NCBI GenBank assembly: GCA_024346625.1
Contig: AP024667.1
Coordinates: 1,488,001 to 1,514,913, forward strand
DNA length: 26,913 nt
Direction: 5' to 3'
Origin: Williopsis jadinii
Taxonomy: Eukaryota
Position numbers and translations under genes: made by a program. Of this stretch, positions 22,601-26,913 are shown piece after piece. The notes under the pieces are model-generated. The model was not told the origin of the DNA, ran no database searches, and worked only from the letters and a program-made list of their open reading frames with translations. Positions within the stretch are counted from its first letter, which is position 1; each line of letters starts with the position of its first letter.

Positions 22601-24572
22601 GGCTCATGTCCTGTTGTACGATACTAACTATCGAGGATTGGCAACTTCTGGAGCAGAAACGATGTTAAAGGGCAGTAATATCCCCAAGACTTTGTTATCC
22701 GGTACAATCTTTAGGTTTCATTACCCAATGCTCTTTGAGAAGTTGGGTCTGCACGCTACAGCTTCAAATGGTTCTTTGGAAGACATTTTTGCTGGTGAGG
22801 CGAGTGGCTCGATCAAAGTCAAGATATTCAACGAAGAAACGTTTGTTCGCTCAAACATCAAACTGTCTCTGTTTGTGGTGGATTCAACTGAGGAGCAGAA
22901 GTTGATGATGTCTAGTCTCATCAACAAGACCATCCAGCGAAAGGAGAAATCACTCATATTTTTTGAATCGAAGGAATTCATGGAGAGTTATCAACAAAGT
23001 CTTGGTCAGTTCGAAAGAGGACATTGTTGTGTTTTCCATGGGAAGCTTCCAGCCCAGGAGAAGAAGACAATACAAGATCGGTTTAGAACAGCTTCTGATG
23101 GTATCACGTTGCTCACTACAACTGCTGCTAGTTCTGGTCTCGATATAGATGGCATCACTTCGGTCTACCTTACAGGATTCTTGTCACTTCCAACTTTGGT
23201 TCAGATCATTGGAAGAGCTGCTCGGAAGCCGACAGAGACAGCAGATGTGAAGTTTCTCTTTCTTACGCATGAGTGCAAAAATGTTTTACAGGTTATAATG
23301 AACCAGTATTATCAGAGACGATTTCAGTGTGATGAAAACTCAAGGATAGACCACATCTTCTACAAGAATCTCTTCAATACCACACATGACTCTGAAATTG
23401 GGCCTTTGATTGACACCTTCATGGTGAGGTTTTCTTCAGCTGAAGAACTGATTAAAACCATGGGAAGATTGAGTCCACTGGAGGTGCAAGACAATCTCGA
23501 GGCTCGTGTTATCCAGAATGCTCATGATTATGTTGACAATATACCTTCAAAGAGATCAGCTCCTGAGAGTTCAGAAAGCGATGAGCCAGTAGCAGACACC
23601 AAAAGGAAGAAAATTGGTTCCGATCTTAGTGATTTTGAGCTCAACACCCAGAAACAATTGGATGACATCGCAAGAGAAATTTCAAGGAATAAACTAGTTC
23701 CAGGCTTTTCACATCACTTACGGTGGAATAAATTCATACAAAACGTTCACCCGCCGAAATTCTACAACGGAGACGCGTACGCAATTGAGCTAGCCTGCTA
23801 TCACTGCCATTCCCAAAACCACGGTGGAGATGACGATGACTGTCCAATCAAAGAAACCGTGAAAAACATGGTGGAGGTCATACTTATATTGAGGGATGTT
23901 CACGGATATGATCGTTTCTGTGATTCGATGGTACAACATATCGAAGACGGTCTTGGGCTTCGGAAAACGATGAACTTCTTGGGGAGAAATATGGCGGTGG
24001 TGAGTAAATGTGTGAAATCAGTTCAGGATCTTTTTCGTTCCATGAGTAAACAGTCACTTGTTTCTCGGTATCCACAATTGAGGACACATCTGTTGAATTA
24101 TTTAACGAGATTTCAGCAGTCCCCTCCGGACTGGCTGTTGAGCTCTATTTCATCTTCACGGGAGATTGATTGTGAATATGAAGAGCGTTCCTTCACAGAA
24201 CTTTTGCTTCAATTCATCGGTAGATTCCAAGGTTCAAAGCCAAGGTATACACTTGGAAGCCAGAAAATTTGCGAGACATGCGGATTCCTTTTCTCATTAG
24301 AGGATCACAAGGTGTGTGATTCCGAGATCAAAGTTAGCTCAATACTTTCGAAATGTTTCAAAGAGGTGGAGGATTATGACTTTAGACTGAGTTATTCATT
24401 CCACGATAACTTTCCAGATACCTACGAACGTATTAGGACTTGTAAAGACTGGGTCGTCTTTTGTCATTTGATGTTAACACCTATGAACTTGAAGTCAGAC
24501 ACAGGAGGTGGTTCTACTAAAAGGACTTATCCTTTGTATGTGTTTGTAATCGGGAGCTTATACCAGAGGTAA
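19623..24572 (+). CDS. Telomere-linked RecQ-like SF2 (DEAH) helicase with an upstream tyrosine-recombinase-like domain and Cys/His clusters, 1649 aa
   Basis: Helicase motifs: I LKTGFGKT (K876), Ia VILVPFVALLQQ, II IVVDEAH (D992), III LLSGT, RSNI, IV LIFFESK, FHGKL, V TTAASSGLD, VI QIIGRAAR (Q1194). Upstream motifs GPARGSE, GSKT, RILRH and GNHSVQTGLSTY. The helicase call is firm; the recombinase call is motif-based inference. Confidence 0.85.
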   Translation: MSATYETTRTEVVNGFHVNHDFGVVFDPINGCVINPYSSGTKSKPTQRALQTCLELCGNNIYHDFRVAAYNSVMISDTIPGVHVEEFSMCHSCKSFCYRHAAGAGSHLRECSTSHRSSIPCRGYCFYSGQQLRYIVIQTGTFPRSHNLVPGSVETVTHPLAPMPQLQNGDSQQGVEPKHQIGVWAHIDESQIIDFVQRCNGLKEQNPLISLMDFREQWLREASLMKLAYSIYNRALKYHGDRGHGVTTDSRVLKHSMSSKKSSYWFNRVTESTQKAYINVFKQWICNMCGLMSSASIMERLNYNADLSNYLSVLYSAATTGCYDETEVTLALAKATRTMMVDPGNVELYSDSCALLLVGLTPKDESEGCNQFVVTDLQKTSLQSRRMDAVVNFTKLLISTSFDDRNERQTFQHFIDTTGQSLPRFETLLHIRDLSKKSEESGRLPLSLITDSNNGVRCGTLYFKEEYLPTLVQNGISSFKEDLNRLCRKYPSLEFPDIDNVWQYVVRNGKEDVMESGSGFSMFSSLAGDFQLTTFPKTLMEEAKKNPWKTVKEFQSVAIDNIFPLLMISVFGPARGSEYARATWSNTRILSRSLFKDGMFMMAGSKTRTSQNKPNARVRIVPTPILKLIAYYIYIIRQIEKRLLMVGGVQITSGLEHHDEEQEESQGEDDDCIDDIDKDGESSVPLHSPTIGDMLDTYIFLYGDAILSSTKRTAIIRNFISRNIPFKGKHHVSGMTGRILRHVLIHYNRLIITKDSQTDSLIQFMDPIELSGNHSVQTGLSTYAKTAEVNYAILALANCWTRFLFESPQALVDQVAFKYHIDNSINTKDSYQLRAVGTMLYGKDFDYLSDKQCSITETSYFTNQSILVNLKTGFGKTIASLLPAAADALHFKHRHNPNHPGVQRTTVILVPFVALLQQYKELLEAKFKGMLTFVKYCPGNGMSPDTLIPHDIVLLQLEHCRDDVVLSFMDRFAKPTMAVDGNLHVISRIVVDEAHVLLYDTNYRGLATSGAETMLKGSNIPKTLLSGTIFRFHYPMLFEKLGLHATASNGSLEDIFAGEASGSIKVKIFNEETFVRSNIKLSLFVVDSTEEQKLMMSSLINKTIQRKEKSLIFFESKEFMESYQQSLGQFERGHCCVFHGKLPAQEKKTIQDRFRTASDGITLLTTTAASSGLDIDGITSVYLTGFLSLPTLVQIIGRAARKPTETADVKFLFLTHECKNVLQVIMNQYYQRRFQCDENSRIDHIFYKNLFNTTHDSEIGPLIDTFMVRFSSAEELIKTMGRLSPLEVQDNLEARVIQNAHDYVDNIPSKRSAPESSESDEPVADTKRKKIGSDLSDFELNTQKQLDDIAREISRNKLVPGFSHHLRWNKFIQNVHPPKFYNGDAYAIELACYHCHSQNHGGDDDDCPIKETVKNMVEVILILRDVHGYDRFCDSMVQHIEDGLGLRKTMNFLGRNMAVVSKCVKSVQDLFRSMSKQSLVSRYPQLRTHLLNYLTRFQQSPPDWLLSSISSSREIDCEYEERSFTELLLQFIGRFQGSKPRYTLGSQKICETCGFLFSLEDHKVCDSEIKVSSILSKCFKEVEDYDFRLSYSFHDNFPDTYERIRTCKDWVVFCHLMLTPMNLKSDTGGGSTKRTYPLYVFVIGSLYQR

Positions 24573-26200
24573 CGCTTGATAAATTACAAGTGCAATCGGG
24601 TAATGTGCCAAACCATTGATTTAGTATTGTCAGAAGACATAGTGTGCAATATATATTTACGTTACATTTTACATACGTATGAACTTCAATAATCTAATAG
24701 ACCAATGGCTCGTTGTTGTAACCCTCAGATATACCACAGTGGTTTATGGGTCGTCAGTCGGATAACATCTGATGCGGTCGTCCTCTCATACGGTCCATGG
24801 AGTCTACTTGACTGCCAATACTTTGTCTCTTGGAATCTCAGGAAATAATTCACCAACAGATACACATGCCATCAAATGTGTCACTAGCCATAACACCACC
24901 CCCATGGGCTATCAACAGGGAATTAGATCACCCGATGTGTGTACACCTCAACAGTTATTGGGACTCAATTTCTCCAATGGTGTTATAATTGTGGCTACTT
25001 TGCTCATACCAACATTTTATTCCTTTTCACCTTTGGACGGTGACTCAGCATCTGAGCTTGGGCGACTGACACAGGATAATCACCATGGTATGATTCAGAG
25101 ATGTCGAATGAACATAGCTGCTGTGGTGTATAGTCAAAGAACTTGTTGTGATGCTTGGACACAGCTACCGCTTTTAACTTTCATCTTCTGAACTTTGACA
25201 TGAACAAAGCTGCTGATCACTGCTCTCTCTCGGTTTCCCAGACGCTCTACCTTGAGCCCCACAGTATGCTGCACTCTTTCTTCATCGTGAAGTGTCTGTC
25301 TTCCACGATAGATCGAGGTGTTGGTTGTGTTTGTGCAAGTATGAATCGACTATTGTTGTTACTCATTGGGTCTTCTGTAGCTCAGATCATCGAGCCATGG
25401 CCACCTTGTGTTACTTCAACAAGTTACACACATGCATGGAGCTGACTCTATATGATAGAGATCCTTACTGAGTGTACTTGAAGTCGATTGCATTTGGATA
25501 TAAGCTGTTGTTGTCATTGCTTGTTGGTGATGTAGTTGTCGTCGATGGGTTGCTATTATTTCACATTAGCTGACGCAAAACATCCGTACACCACTGAAGT
25601 TTTTTGTGGTGGAGAAAAAAAAAACATCAACAAAGCAAAGGGGAAACCCCTTTACGTTACCACACTTATTCCAGTGACAGTTTAAGCTTGAAAACGCTGT
25701 AAGATGGTAGCTTCAGGATGAGCGTTTGCTTCTTATCGCATGAAGCTGCCGTCAATGACTTGAAAAGCTTTGAGTGGCTGCGAAAGTCACACGAACAGTG
25801 TTAGAGGTGGCATATATGAAAGTCTCAAGGGTTTCACTTAAGGTACAACACTTTATCTTCCACTGAGAGGTCTAGAGATTGAGAACCGTATCACCAGATC
25901 ACATGGGGTACTCTAACTGCTTATTACTTGAAACGCTGATCGATATGCCTCTTCAGTGGCTTGGTTCAACAACGTATAGCCTTATCTCCTTGGCTAAACG
26001 TTCATACACTCCTGAATCAACACTAGACATTTCAATTAGCATTTCCATTTGGTTTCAAGAGCAGCAGCTGGATGGGGTGTACACATGGTCTGTATCAACA
26101 CCTTGGTGGTTCTGTTTGCTGTTGTTTATTGGTATTGTGTGGCTCTCCATTGCTACTTGGTCCAAGTGAAACACAAACCTGAGATGTCTCTTGAAACACG

Positions 26201-26550
26201 CCGGACTACAAGTATGAGAGATTCTCGGCACGCCGCTGCAAAATTAGGCGAAAATTCATTATCTCCGGGAAGAGAATGAGGTCGGCGCGAGCCCAACTTT
26301 CACTTTTTCGAGCTGCATCTATTTTTAGCAGGAATATAGGTATGCGCAGAATTGCTTGGGGCACACCGGACTACAAGTATGAGAGATTCTCGGCACGGCC
26401 GCTGCAAAATTAGGCGAAAATTCATTATCTCCGGGAAGAGAATGAGGTCGGCGCGAGCCCAAACTTCCACTGTTTCGAGCCGCATCAATTTAGCCAATCA
26501 GAAGGCTTGATGTATCTCACTATGTTACTGCGAGCCTCACTTAAACGTTG
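26201..26550 (+). repeat. Tandem duplication: units 26201-26365 and 26366-26550, each starting CCGGACTACAAGTATGAGAG
   Basis: About 125 nt are nearly identical between units; a third CCGGAATACAAG start lies at 26551. Confidence 0.9.
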
Positions 26551-26606
26551 CCGGAATACAAGAATGCGTTAAACTGCTCGGTGCACACCAAAAAAATGTA
26601 TGGGGA

Positions 26607-26652
26607 AATTAAACTGCTTGGTAGAATTAAACTGCTTGTCAAAGCAGTTTAA
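26607..26652. other. Candidate recombination site, copy B: AATTAAACTGCTTG x2 plus perfect inverted arm AAGCAGTTTAA
   Basis: TTAAACTGCTT-GTCA-AAGCAGTTTAA is a perfect 11-bp dyad; function inferred. Confidence 0.45.
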
Positions 26653-26737
26653 CTTCTTTTTTTAGTGCATTAATTAATGTAATTGGAATGACTAATTTAT
26701 ATCACTGGATTGGTGTGAATGTTGGGGGGGTGGGGGG

Positions 26738-26913
26738 GGGTGTCTGGGTGTCTGGGTGTCTGGGTGTCTGGGTGTCTGGGTGTCTGGGTGTCTGGGTGTC
26801 TGGGTGTCTGGGTGTCTGGGTGTCTGGGTGTCTGGGTGTCTGGGTGTCTGGGTGTCTGGGTGTCTGGGTGTCTGGGTGTCTGGGTGTCTGGGTGTCTGGG
26901 TGTCTGGGTGTCT
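26738..26913 (+). repeat. Telomere, (GGGTGTCT)22
   Basis: 176 bp of perfect 8-mer repeat running to the end of the sequence, G-rich strand 5'->3' outward. Confidence 0.98.

Larger units (their letters stand above)
18880..26652 (+). mobile_element. Putative Y'-like subtelomeric element (7773-bp site-to-site unit) carrying the recombinase-helicase gene
   Basis: A large helicase ORF bracketed by direct repeats ending in identical dyad sites, with a telomere-like relic near the proximal junction and the real telomere distal. Confidence 0.55.
24960..26652 (+). repeat. Subtelomeric long direct repeat, copy B (contains an extra 350-bp tandem duplication)
   Basis: Collinear with 17530-18879 apart from 26201-26550. 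Confidence 0.85.

Noticed and set aside
19623..24572. Helitron Rep-helicase or the housekeeping SGS1 gene
   Set aside because: The helicase is SF2 DEAH rather than Pif1-like SF1 and I saw no HUH Rep motifs; it lacks the Sgs1 DEAHCVSxWGHDFR motif and HRDC domain.
24772..25445. 139-aa and 96-aa ORFs downstream of the helicase
   Set aside because: They fall largely within repeat copy B, are not open in copy A, and have no motifs.
26201..26562. CRISPR-like repeat-spacer array
   Set aside because: Eukaryotic context, repeats of about 125 bp, only two full units and no cas genes.

Overview
This is the right end of a budding-yeast (Saccharomycotina) chromosome, terminating in 22 copies of the 8-bp telomere repeat GGGTGTCT. 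The repeat, the short GT(A/G)(A/T)GT..ACTAAC..AG introns and the gene content fit Cyberlindnera jadinii/Candida utilis or a relative; this is inference, and Naumovozyma castellii uses the same repeat. Core genes occupy 1-8190: RRP5 3' end, a spliced orphan membrane protein, ETP1, PRS3, a three-intron HAD phosphatase (YKL033W-A-like), and TUL1 with an in-frame TAG inside its RING finger. An accessory block follows: two tandem ATO/ADY2 transporters, a spliced Lys14-like Zn2Cys6 factor and a MATE pump. The subtelomere carries the main novelty, a 1649-aa ORF fusing a candidate tyrosine-recombinase catalytic domain (R575, K606, R741/H742, H774, Y783) to a RecQ-like DEAH helicase. It lies between two diverged direct repeats of about 1.3-1.7 kb. 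Each repeat ends in a near-identical FRT-like site (two direct arms plus one inverted arm), and the two sites are 7773 bp apart. A telomere-repeat relic and paired MCB boxes lie upstream of the gene. Together these suggest a Y'-like subtelomeric element that may encode its own site-specific recombinase.
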